64,000 bases of DNA, from NCBI RefSeq assembly GCF_006345805.1, contig NC_043001.1, positions 39,060,001 to 39,124,000 on the forward strand. The letters are read 5' to 3'. The notes beneath the pieces were generated by a model, which saw only the letters and a program-made list of their open reading frames with translations, did no database searches and was not told the origin of the DNA. The DNA is from Octopus sinensis (lineage: Eukaryota). Below are positions 12,093 through 23,974 of the stretch, in pieces; the stretch's first letter is position 1, and every line of letters starts with the position of its first letter. The position numbers and the translations under genes are program-made.

Positions 12093-13490
12093 ACATCATC
12101 ATTTAACATCCATTGTCCATGCTGGCATGGGTTGAACAGTTTCACTGGGCTGGCACTGGAAGGCTGCACAAGACTCCAGTCTCATATGGCATGGTTTTCT
12201 ATGACTGGATACCCTTCCTAATGCCAACCACTCCAAGAGAGTAATGGGTGCTTCTACATGCCACTGACATGGGTACCAGTTTGCATGATACTGGTATCTG
12301 CCACGACTTTGATCTTGTTTGGCTTGATGGGTCTTCTCCTCAAGTACAGCATAGTGCCAATGGTCTTGGGTATCGTCTCTGTGAGGCCCAACACATGAAT
12401 GGAACTCAACCAAATTCCCTCCCTCAGGCCCAATACTTGAAAGGAACTCAGCCACTTTGCCACCATGAGGCCCAACGCTTGAAGGAACTCAGCCACCTTG
12501 CCTCCATGAGGCCCAGTGCTTGAAAGGGACTCAGCCACTTTGTCTCCATGAGGCCCAAAGTTCAAAAGATGTTCTTTACATGTCACCAACATTGTAGCTC
12601 CTCCTCCCTCTCACCAGATTTCTCAATTAGGGTGTCTCTAAATCTCTGACCATTGAAAGGTCCTTAAGCTTCCAAATCTTTCTTTTCCAGTTTGATCTGC
12701 TTCTTGGCTTCCTTATAGCCTGGAGTTTGTTGGGGGGTACGTTCTTCACTATGGAGGGTTTTTGTATTTAAGAACAACCATGCATCACACTGTCTAGTGA
12801 GAATGAAATCGATCTGGCTGGCTTCCTGAAGTTGGTGTTGCAGATCAAAAGGTTATTTGCATCAAAGAACTCCAGTAGCCTTGTCCCCTCTTTGTTTTGG
12901 AAACCAATTCCATGGCTTCCATGAACATCATGGAAGGTACCAGGCTGCTGTCTGACATACCCATTGAAATTCCCAGCCACAAAGACAAAATCGTTGTCTC
13001 TCGTCTTTGAGGTAGCCTGCAGAAGAATATCATAAAAGTGGTCCTTTTGTTCATTTAGTAGGCCTGCTTGTGGGGGCGTAGGCAGATATAATTGTAGCTA
13101 TACTATTCTGCAAAACTAGCTTGAGCTTAAGTACTCACACTCTAACTACCTCTATGACCTAATCCACCCATCTGTCTGCAAGAAGTATTTCCATACCACC
13201 TACTCTGTCACTTTTACCTTCCCAGAAAATTTTGTACCTGTGTGTCTTGCCTGTGAAGAATCTGGCAGAAGCCCCCCTCCACCTTACCACTTGGATGCAA
13301 CATACATCAACATGCCTCCATTCAAGCATTTCTATAATCATGTTAGACCTACATTTCAATGTGCTTACATTTAGAGTGCCAACTCTGAAAACCAGGAAAG
13401 GGATGTGGGAGGGAACATGGGAAGGAGTGATGTTATTCAGCACCTGAAAAGAAGGTTTCCATGATAGTTTGATGACAGACATGTCAAAAC
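12093..13490 (-). mobile_element. RTE-clade LINE with RT internally deleted; ~40-bp tandem repeat at the junction
   Basis: EN start VGTLNVSTLK...VCCIQVVRWRG (13159 ORF) and AGNFNGYV (12768 ORF) join at about 12600 to 4-5 copies of gaggcccaa..gaaggaactcagccac..tgcctccat (12385-12560), then the 3' terminus. Confidence 0.85.
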
Positions 13491-13694
13491 AGTTGGTCTC
13501 GCTTTTAACCTATCATCATTCAAACATGTTAAAATTTTGCCTCTACTGGGGGTGAGAGTAAACTAAGCATTGTAATATAAGTGTTACTGCAGTTGCAAAT
13601 ATAGATATAAATAGGCCAATGTTAAATTAAATCAGTAAGTAATGGGCTGCTATTTGGCTGGGTTAGTCCAGTATATATATATATATATATATAT

Positions 13695-13725
<31 letters not shown>

Positions 13726-13839
13726 AAATGAGAAGTGGTGAGAAGAAGGAGGAAGATGGTTTGGAAGTGAGGGAGGGATGAAGGTATGTATGTCTTCTGG
13801 TTCAGAAGTGAGGCAGCATTCTGTGGGAGCTTTCGGTAT

Positions 13840-13945
13840 AAGGGAAGAGTTTACCGGCATAAGAGAAGAGATTACCAGTATTAAGAGAAGGGATTTTCGG
13901 TATGAGGGAAGGAATTTCCAGTATGAGAGAAGAGATTTCTGGTAT
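13840..13945 (+). repeat. Degenerate ~21-bp minisatellite, about 5 units
   Basis: aagagaagagattaccagtat-like units in tandem. Confidence 0.7.
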
Positions 13946-14059
13946 TGGTGGTGAGGAAGGAATGTGTGGGCCCATCACAAACAAGAAATGTTAGAAATGG
14001 TTAGCTTTGCCACAAGAAAATTGAAATAGCAGCAAAGCAAGGAGTGATGCACAACCTCA

Positions 14060-14254
14060 TGAGGGGGTGCTGAAAAGTTCCTGGCTTTAAGAGTATCACA
14101 GCCTTCTGAGGTTTTTTACAGAGCTTAGAAAAACTGAAGGACCACTGCAATAAGTATGAGAATCTGAGAGAGGAATATGTTGAATAAAATTATAATTAAC
14201 TAATCCTTCTCTATTTTCTTTTACCCAAATCCAGAAACTTTTCAGTACCCCTTG
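14060..14254 (+). mobile_element. Mariner deletion derivative (MITE-like)
   Basis: ~28-bp TIRs gagggggtgctgaaaagttcctggcttt / aaatccagaaacttttcagtacccctt; interior EKLKDHCNKYENLREEYVE* matches the mariner C-terminus; followed by (TA)n. Confidence 0.8.
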
Positions 14255-14281
14255 ATATATATATATACATATATATATATA

Positions 14282-15345
14282 GTGTGAATTTACAAAAAAA
14301 AACAAAAGACGAAGACGGGTGTGTAGACAACAAACAGATGTATTAGTTTAATGCTCTGGAAGTGAGAAAGTCTTTTATGTTTTGAGCCTACACTCATCGA
14401 CAGAAAGGAACACAGAAATAAACAGGTAGCCAAAATACTAAAGTTTTAGTGGCTAGTGATCTATCATCATGAATGCCGGACAGAGGGGTCACACAGGAGA
14501 GCTAGGAAGAAGGGGTGATAATAAAGTAGTGGTGATGCTAAAATGAAGGTGCATGTGCATGTATGTGAGAGCATGTATGTGCATGTGGAAGGGGGCTGGT
14601 GACCTCGACATGTGTGTGTGTGCATGTGTAGGTGTGTGGATGATGGTGTAGGTGCTGGGAAATGGTCAGTGCTAGTGTGTGTGCTGGGAAGTGGTCAGTG
14701 CTAGTGTGTGCAGGGTGGTGTGATGTGGTATGGTATGATGGTTTATGGTGGTGTGTGGTTGTGTGGTGTGGTGGTGTGTGGTGTGGTGGTGTGTGGTGTG
14801 GTGTAGTGGAGGTGAGAGTGAGGGAAGCAAGGGTGGAGTATAAGGGATGGGATGTATGGGGATGGTGGGGTTGGAATATGTAGGGGTGGATAACAAGGAA
14901 GGGGTGACAATGAAGGAAGAGGGTGGAAGGAAGAAGAGAAGGTGGGTAGGAGTGAAGAGAGGAAGTAGGTGTCAGAGCAAGAGAGGAGAGGTGGGTGGGA
15001 GGAAGTAGGTGTGAGATGGAGAGAGGAGAGGGTCTTCCTGCTCATGACAAAGACGGGAGCCCAGATGGCCCCTGTGCAAGGACAATCTGAACACAGACAG
15101 ATACTGTAAAGAGTGACCGGTAGAGCAGAAATGGCATGAGACTGGGATGTTGTTGCCAAGTCTGATGTCTCAGAAGTGTTCCGCGAACCGGTCAGCCAAG
15201 TGGCGTCCTGTTTGACCGATGTATAGAGAAGGACAGAGAGAGCAGGAGATGCAGTAGATGACATTGCTAGAAGTGCAGGCGAAGGAGTCAGTGAAATGAT
15301 AGGGCTGATGATGGGTGCCTGTGAGGAGGGTGGTGTTGGAGAGGT
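14282..15345 (-). mobile_element. Penelope-like element 3' part (GIY-YIG, low-complexity spacer, terminal repeat relic)
   Basis: Minus strand: DSFACTSSNVIYCISCSLCPSLYIGQTGRHLADRFAEHF*DIRLG; terminal TCGATGAGTGTAGGCTCAAAAC (14377-14400) resembles a decayed PLE hammerhead. Confidence 0.8.
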
Positions 15346-15455
15346 AAGGGCAAGTGTGGCATAAATGTAGGTATATATTGAATTTCTAAATATTGAATTT
15401 CTAAATGTCTCAAAGAGACATGAGCGGTGGTAGAGCGATAGAGAGGTTGTATACT

Positions 15456-15785
15456 TGTCAACATATTGTGAGAGTCCTGTAAAGGGAATTACACCACTGC
15501 TATTTAGCCCTAGGAAGCATCGACGCTTCCTGTCGGCTTTGACACATTTCCTGCATCCTTATATTTGCGAAAGGGAGGCAAGCACCCCCACCAGCTGATG
15601 ACGGGCGAGACCCAGAAACATGCATGCCTTCAGGTGCTAATCCTAGCTGGTGGGGGCGCTTGCCTCCCCTTCACAAATATAAGGACACGGTAAATGTGTC
15701 AAAGCCAACAGGAAGCATCGATGCTTCCTAGGGCTAAATAGCGGTGGTGTAATTCGCTTTACAGGCATGTCACATTATGTTGACA
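15456..15785. repeat. Fold-back element, ~141-bp inverted arms with 48-nt loop
   Basis: 15456-15596 is the reverse complement of 15645-15785 with scattered mismatches; hammerhead-like sequence at the arm/loop junction. Confidence 0.9.
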
Positions 15786-15793
15786 GTCTAAAA

Positions 15794-15851
<58 letters not shown>

Positions 15852-16086
15852 CATTTGTTTGTTTGTATATATAAATGCCACTTCATTTGTTTTGGCTATG
15901 ACAAAAATATCATTGTGAGAGCAGTGCAGAATATTTTTAGTCGATCAATCAATCAAGTGATAATATTGAAACATGAACACACACAAATACATATTAGAAA
16001 CAGCTATAAGCCTATAGTAAATAAATAAAGTTATATAACCCAATACTTCTGTCTATTATATATATATATATATACATATATATTAA

Positions 16087-16209
16087 AATAAAGGGTAAAA
16101 TCATTAATAATTTTACCAGGTGGGCAGCGTGAAAATACAAATTTACCTACGAAGTTTTTATTTCCGTGCTGAACACCTGGTAAAAGTATCAATGATTCAA
16201 CCCTTTATT
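16087..16209. repeat. Short imperfect hairpin (MITE-like), ~50-bp arms
   Basis: aataaagggtaaaatcattaataattttaccaggtg pairs with cacctggtaaaagtatcaatgattcaaccctttatt. Confidence 0.8.
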
Positions 16210-16654
16210 ATAATTAATATTCGAAAAATTTACTCCTTGATCAAAACTGTATTAACTGCAAGCTAGATCTTGATGCACTACACATGGGTATAAAGGAAAG
16301 ATGTGAATTTTACTTTGCAGTATATTTCTACGAGTGTGGGTGGATATTGGTTAGGTGATGTCACAGCTCGCATGCATATTTTGAGATACTCATAAATTTA
16401 TGCTATGGAATACTGTTATTAATGATAGCAATAGGTTATATTTTTTTACTTTAAGCTTGAAACAGAATCTTGCATGCGGTTAACCAAATAGTTGTTGATT
16501 CATTATTATTCTTTTGCTCACCTACAATATAGTATTTTATTCTCTGAGATTTTAAGGTGGTAATAGGGCATTTGGTGTCTATTTCTACAGCATGTGGTGA
16601 GGTGTAAAGCTAATCCCTTGTTATAACTATGTATATAATTATTATATATATATA

Positions 16655-17180
16655 TATAGGTTTTAGGATGGCATAAGAACTACCATGAAGTAACTTGGAA
16701 TGGATCCAAAGGCCATAGAAACCCTTGCTTTGGCTTGAGCTGGATGGTGGAGAAAGTGTGGAGTGGAGTGAAAGCATTTGAAGAGGCCAGGATAACATAT
16801 GCAAGACTCAAGAGAGATTTAAAGAAGAATGTTCTGATTGAGAAGGTGAATTTCAGTAACCTTTTTCTGAGCACAGTTTGTGGCAGAACATGCCTGACTT
16901 TTACTGGGCTCAAATCTCATATGTGGACCTTCACCAACTATTCTGCCTATATATCTGTGCACACCTTTCAATACCATGTATGCCACAAGGTCTGAAAATC
17001 TAATGGAGGCCTCAAAAGACATTTTAAGATCCACAAAGATCAGAACTTAACTGCAGATATGCAATCTTTATGGGTGTCTTTTCAATACATTGTCTGGTTT
17101 TAAAAAGCCACATCAGATGCCATGATGGATTTAAGGTGTAGGTACAAGAGGTGGCATATGGAGTAAACAACCACAGAAAT
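16655..17180 (+). mobile_element. BovB-like RTE 3' end with three tandem decayed C2H2 zinc fingers
   Basis: MDPKAIETLALA*AGW...GVKAFEEARI, then STVCGRTCLTFTGLKSH, YHVCHKV*KSNGGLKRHFKIH and CNLYGCLFNTLSGFK/SHIRCH (one frameshift). Confidence 0.7.
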
Positions 17181-17379
17181 TGTTGAGGCAGATTTTCTAA
17201 AGCTGGATGCCCTTCCTCATCTGATTCGAAGCAAGTTATTATTTCCTCATGATCAGACCTGTTTTTACAGAAGACTAGAGAGAAATATTGCTGCTTGTAT
17301 GATGGTGATCATTGTTTATAGCCATCACATAGCATTGAAACAAGGGTACGCATACGTACGCATGTGCACACACACACAC

Positions 17380-17700
17380 AGAGTTATGCCTTTGCTAGTC
17401 AGGAACAGGAGAAAGCTGCTAAATGCCTGATAAATAGGAGGGACAAATATTCCACCAAACCTCCAAATTGAGATAAAAAATGTTGGCTCTGCTATACCAG
17501 CATGGAAGATATCAAACATATCATCAGCAGCTGCCCCAAAATGTCTATAATATAATACCTGCCCCTGAGGCATGATACAGTTGCAAAGACTATTTACAAT
17601 GCAATCTGCAGGAAGGACTGCCCTGATGTATACATCAAGGGCATGTCAGAACCAGCTAGTATCCATGCCTTTAAAAACATGGAATACTGGTGAAATACCC
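17380..17700 (+). mobile_element. RLE-type non-LTR retrotransposon fragment (R4/Dong/Hero-like CCHC region)
   Basis: YAFASQEQEKAAKCLIN...KCWLCYTSMEDIKHIISSCPKMS..YLPLRHDTVAKTIYN...EYW: CCHC knuckle followed by the RHD motif that precedes the restriction-like endonuclease. Confidence 0.7.
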
Positions 17701-17701
17701 C

Positions 17702-18745
17702 AATCATCATCATTTAGTGTCTATTATCTATGCTGGCATGGGTTAGACAGTTTGACTGAAACTGGTAAGCTGGAGAGTTGCACTAGGCTCTGTCTGATTT
17801 GGCCTGGTTTGTACAACTGGATGCCTTTCCTAATACCAACTACTCCAAGAACGTAGTAGGTGCCTTTTACATGTCACCAGCATGGGTGCCTTTTATGTGC
17901 CACCAGCATGAGTGCCTTTTACATGTCACCAGCATAGATGCCCTTTCTGTGACACCAGCACAGGTGCTGTTCACATGTTACAGACATGGCTGTCTTTTAC
18001 ATGTCTTCTCAAATACATCAAATTGTCAAAGGTCTCAATCACTTGTCATTGCATCATGAGACTCAACATCTGAAGATAATGCTTCACTACCTCACATCAT
18101 GTCTTCGTGGGTCTACCTTTTCTACAAGTTCCCACCACAGTTAGAGATTCGCGCTTCTTTATGCAGCTGTCATTGTCCATATGCATCACATGACCATACC
18201 AGTGCACTCATCTCTCTTGCACACCACGTCTGATGCCACTTATGCTCAATTTTTCTCTCAAGGTGCTTACACTGCCGTAAATACACACTGACATTGCACA
18301 TCCAATGAAGCATATTAGCCTCATTTTCTTTTGAGCCTTCACATGTCCTCTGAAGTCATAGCTCATGTTTCACTGCCATGTACCATAGCTGTTCCCACAC
18401 AAGCATCATGCAATCTGCATTTCACTCTGAGGGAGAGGCCATTAGTTACCAACAGAGACAGAAGCTCTCTGAACTTTGCCTAGCCTATTCTTATTCAAGC
18501 AACTATGTTCTTGGAGCATCCATCACCACTGATGACTTGGTCACCCAGATAACAGAAGCTATCTACCACTTCTAAGTATCTCCATTGACATTTGATGAAG
18601 TTTATTTTTTGTACACTTCTAGTGTTTATTGTACCTATATATGTCCCACACACAAATATTACTTTCTCTAATAAAAATATCAATTTGGTGCAAACATAAC
18701 AGAACTGATATTGTTCTGTGGGACAGGGAGCAAAAGTCATACACC
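17702..18745 (-). mobile_element. RTE-clade LINE 3' fragment
   Basis: EVVDSFCYLGDQVISG (18495 ORF), C-terminal region, repeated cttttacatgtcaccagc units and terminus. Confidence 0.85.
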
Positions 18746-19249
18746 GTTGCAGAGGTCAGCTGCCCAGCAAATGTCAATGTACAATAAGTCCAGGAAAAAG
18801 AGAAAATTTATGTTTAGAGATGGAGAAAACATGATTATAGCAAGTGATGGTAACAGGAAGTCGGGTGGCTGAGAGGTGGAGTATGGTTGATAAGTCAGAG
18901 CATAGAGAATGCACAGATAGGCATGTGAGGTATAATAGAGGGACCTGCAGTGGGTGATCATGGAGGGATGTTGAGAAGATCGACTGTAGGGGTGTTTAGT
19001 CAGAAAACAGATTATGTGCATGAATGAGTGGGGTGCATGGTCATGATGGATCTACTTATATGTATGGATGGCCACAATTATACTTCGCTCGATGTGTCTT
19101 TTCAAGCACAACAGATCATCAGTAATCTCAGTCCCTTGTCATCTATTTGAGGCTCAACATTGGAAGATCATTTCTCCCCTCTTTGTCCCATGTCTTCCTG
19201 GTCTACTCATTCCAGAAGTTATATAATAATAATCATAATATTTGATGAT

Positions 19250-19304
19250 GATGATGATAATGATAATAATAATAATGATAATAATAATAATAATAATAAT
19301 AATG

Positions 19305-19350
<46 letters not shown>
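19250..19350 (+). repeat. (AAT)n/(GAT) microsatellite
   Basis: About 30 units read directly. Confidence 0.95.
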
Positions 19351-19351
<1 letters not shown>

Positions 19352-19574
19352 GAACTATTACTACCCATGTATTTTAATTTAACTTTAAAACAAAAAGAAA
19401 AAAAATGAACGAACTAGTGAGTTTAGTTTAATGGCCTACCAATGTATACTATGAGTTTCTTTGCCCTAGGAGTCAGGAAGACACTCGGCAAGAAATGGAA
19501 GCAAATTTGAAAGAAGAGGAAAAAAAAGATAACAACAATAATAATAATAATAATAAAGGTTTCAAATTTTAGCT

Positions 19575-22500
19575 CAGAGGCAGTACACGACATCTGATGT
19601 GGCTTGTACCCAAATTTTCTCTTAAATCATTTATACTTTGTCGTATATGCACACTAGCTTCATTCCTTTGAAGCTATCACATATCCTCTGTTGTCACAGA
19701 CCATGTTTCACTGCCATGTAGTATAATTGTTCATACATAGGCATCATACAATCTGCCTCTCACTCAGAGGTAGTAGCTCTTTGAAATTTGTCCAGCTGCT
19801 CTTATTTTAGCACTTATGCTTTCAAAGCATCCTCCTCCACTGTTAACTTGGTTGTCTAAGTAGTGTAAGTTATCTACTACTTCTAAAGATGCTCCGTTAG
19901 ACATTTGAGGAACTCTGTTTTCAGTACATTCCTAATGCTTATTGTACCTGCACATCTGCCACACACAAAGATGACTTTCTCTGTTTACCTTCCAGTGATA
20001 CTGCAGCATTTCCTATATGTCCATAATTTGCACTGGGTACACAGTATCGAATCTCTACATACATCTTTTCTACATATTGAGTGAGTTTTCCTACTTACTA
20101 GCACTTTGTCTTTCCTAAATCTGTTATGTGTCCATAACTTGCACTGGGTACACAGTATCAGGTTTCTACATACATCTTTTCTACATGTTCAGTGAGCTTT
20201 CCTATTTACTAGAACTTTGGTTTTCCTAAATTAACTCTACAACCCTTTAATTCCATACACTGCTTCTACACATGAAATTTCTTCTCTAGTTCTGGCAGAG
20301 ATTCAGCTATAAGGACAAGGTCATCATTGTAAAAGAGTGCCCAAGGACAGCCAGTCTTAAATTCCTCTCTTATGGTTTGGAGGACTATGACAAACAAGAT
20401 GGAGCTGGCAACCAAACCTTAGTGAACTCCTACCTGTACACTAAATTCATTAATATACTCATTGCTGACTTTCACCAAACTGACAGCATCTCTGTATGTG
20501 GATTTTACAGCTCTCACAAACCACTCATCTATACTGACCACCAGATATGGGAGTGGGGACCCCTATCAAAAGCTCTCTCTATGTCAACAAAAGACAACTG
20601 CTGGGGTGTATTTTTGGTTACTGTAAAAACCCATGTAATTTATGCATTTTTTCTCAAAAAAAAATAAACTTTAGGGTGCATAAATTACATGAGCAGAACA
20701 TTTCCAGAATTTTTTTTAGAAATTGTTTTTTGTTGAAAAAAGACATACAAAATGTAAACATTTAATGTCAGAATAGGTTTTTACAGAAAAAAATAAGGGC
20801 TTAAATATAATGAAGTTTACTTTTATTTATGCTGGATGGTATATTGCTTATGTTTTCTTTATAAATTTACTAAAACCATTAATGTTTATTAGTAATTAAA
20901 CTTAATTTGCAACACCTGTGCATATTTATCTTCTTTGCTTTTGTTAATAATTCTTATCAACAATTTTTCCTGTGATTGTATGCTAAAGAACGGACATAAT
21001 CTCTTGTTGGCAAGGAAAGTAAAATAAAGTTTATTATAAACAACATAAACACTTTGTAATTTAATAGCTTTTAATGTGATACCTGTTAAACAGAAATAAT
21101 TTTTATTTAATGAAAATTTAATAAAATCTAATCATAAGTATGTGAAATTATGCTAAATACAACTAAATTAAAACCTTTTACCCCTGGCCTTATTGGCAAT
21201 TCAGAAAACTTTTGGGTGCGAATTTTACATGAGCAGAAGCTTTTTAATGCTTCTCCTGCAGTTGCCTTACCAGAAAAGTAGCATTAATTGTGCTTCTTCC
21301 TGGTACAAAACCGAACTGTATCACATCTAGGCTAACTCTCTTCCTAATTATTTGGGCTATGACCCTCTCTGTAACTTTCATCATCTGGTTCAGCAATTTG
21401 ACACTTCTGTAATTATTTATATGTAAGGTATCACCTTTACTTTTTTTGCAATTGACGAAAATGTTGCTATAACAGTCATTAGGTATGACTTCATTGTGAA
21501 CAAGCTGATTAACTATGCAGGTGATGAAGCCATATCACACTCCACCAGATACTTTAAATATCTTAGTGGTGATTCTTGATAGGCTACAGTGTTTCCTCTC
21601 TTCACATCCTTAATTGCTTTATCTACTGAACTACTATCAATTAGGACAGCTGGTCCCTCTGTTGGGTCTGTGTTAGGCTCTTCTTTATTCATGCCTTCTC
21701 TACATTTAACAATCTTTGACAGTGGCATTTCTAGGCCTCTTTTTTCCAGAAACAATAATTGCAAGTGAACCATGATCAATATAAATTCATTTCTCTTCTG
21801 CAACATCACAGTTTCCTCTGGCACACTGTATTGCTATCTGAAACACCTCAAAACTCAAGTCCTTACACTACTGAACATTGGCAGACTGCTCCCTTTCTGC
21901 TTCTTCCCTAGCTAAATGTACCTTTCACCCATCTTCCTTTCAGTCTACCTAATATAGTTCTCTGATGCCACTACTCTTCCAATACTTCCAACCTGTTTCT
22001 TTGTCTAATGGCCCTGTCTACTACACAATTCCACAAACATGTTACCCTACATCTAGTTGGGACTTTGCACCAGACACAAATTTGGTCAGTGGCTCTCACT
22101 AAATTATTCTGTAGAAACTCCAAGTTGTCCTCTATGTTACATGTCTGTAACCTTTCTTCATCAAATGCTTCATTTAGAGTGTCTCTAAATCACTGACTAT
22201 TAAAAGGATCCTAAAGCTTCCAAATCCTTCTTTTCTAGACTGGTCTACATCTTGGAATTCTTCTAGCCTGAAGTCTGAGGTCACTAATGACTAATCTATG
22301 ATGAGGGGTGCCTTCTTCACCCCAGAAGGTCTTTGTATTTATGAGCAACCATGTACCTTACTTTCTGGTTAAAATGTAGTGAATCTGTCTAGTGTGGCCA
22401 TCAGATCGATAGTTTATCAGGTGAAGTTGGTGTTGCAGATTCTTATTCCCTTTTCATTATGGGAACCAACTCCCTAACCCCCATGTACACCACTGAAACC

Positions 22501-22990
22501 AACCGGATGCTGTCCAACATGCCCATTGAAGTCACCAATCATGAAAATAAGGTCACTGGCATTTGTCCTTGAAGTAGTCTGCATAGTCGATCCTCTTGTT
22601 CATTTGGCAGATATGGTTGAGGAGCATAGTGGAAATAATTGTTGCTGTACTACTTTGTGTAACTAATCTAAGCTTAAGTATCTTCTCTCACAGTCTGAGT
22701 ACCTCAATACCTTATCCACCAATTTATTAAATAAAAGTATGCCCACACCACCTACCCCACCATTATTGTCTTCCTAGAAGATTTTATACGTATGTTCTTT
22801 GCCTGTGAGGAACCTGGATGAAGCTCCCCCCACCCTACTTCTTGAATGCAATACACATTGGCACACTTCCACTGAGGCATCTCAACTATCTCACCAGACC
22901 TACCTTTCAATATGCCTACAGTGACAGTGTCAACTGTAAGGAAGTGAATGGGAGATAGGAGGGAACAGGGATGGGTGACAGCATTCAGCA
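19575..22990 (-). mobile_element. RTE-clade LINE, decayed, interrupted at about 20614-21245
   Basis: EN (VGILKGRSGEIVEM...YCIQEV), QFGFVPGRSTINATFLVRQLQEK ending at about 21250 and resuming with the KPLYLAFVD-like segment at about 20610; internal ~110-bp tandem duplication at 20015-20231. Confidence 0.8.
20614..21245. mobile_element. AT-rich insertion, probable non-autonomous DNA transposon (Tc1/pogo-like ends)
   Basis: Splits a contiguous RTE motif; starts TActgtaaaaacccatgtaatttatgca, with inverted tgcataaattacatg at about 20676 and a degenerate copy near 21220. Confidence 0.5.
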
Positions 22991-23974
22991 TCTAAAAAGA
23001 AACTTTCAACAAGCATTTGCCAGTAACACACATGTCAGTTGTCCTCACGGTTAATCGACCATTATTCATTCATGTCACACTTGCTGCATCTACTGAGGTG
23101 AGTGTGCTTTGCAAGCCTACTTAATCGTAAGATAAATCAAAATTGATTAGTTGATTAGTTAATTGATAGGTTCTCTTCAGTTACATTTTGGTGAAAAGCA
23201 TACAAGCTATGGCATTGGTATTATAGTAACAGAGGTGAGACACTACTGAGAGAGAAAAAAGGAGGGAAGAGCAAAAGAAAGGTTGTTAAGAGAGATTCTG
23301 ATACAGAAGATAGGTTTTCAGAATGAGTAAAGGGTGTAGGTATAGTGGGTGGTGAAAGGGTATAGGTGTTGGGGATGGGAATGCGTAGAGGGTATAGGTG
23401 GTGGGGGTGGAAGGGTGGGCACATTGCAAAAATGAAGGATCCCAACTTTAGAAAGAAAATACAAACACCATCCAGACAATAATTAAGAGAGGATATGAAA
23501 AGCTTTTGTGAGAAATAAACACATATATTCAACAAGTCAGACTCGAGAGCCAGTACTGAAAGTTACAACACTTTGTAGATGAACATATCCATGTAAACAA
23601 TGCAAATGAAGACAGAAAAACAGGTAATGGGTGTTTATGCATACCTCAGGAGGCTACTGCTCCCTCCTCAGCACCATATCCAGAACACCAACTCCAGCAG
23701 TGCAACACTATTAGACAGACCAACACACATACCAATACACAGTATATAGTACAGAGTATATATAGAATATACTATAAATGACATATGTGCTTGTATATCA
23801 ACAGATATATATGTACAACTTGCATTTCTGTTTTGAAGGTAAAAATCATTTTGTAATTTTCATACAATAAGGCACAATACTCAGCAGTATAGTAATATTT
23901 TTCTTCTTCTCTCTCTCTCTCTCTCATACACACACACACACACAAATATATAATAGTTGCAACTTCATTTCAAA

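Noticed and set aside
14743-15264. 173-aa Pro/Ser/His-rich ORF
   Set aside because: Off-frame reading of a Penelope GIY-YIG plus low-complexity DNA.
23581-23625. Possible 45-nt plus-strand micro-exon, and a minus-strand donor near 23645
   Set aside because: Weak acceptor and no recognisable peptide; the minus candidate has stops in all frames.
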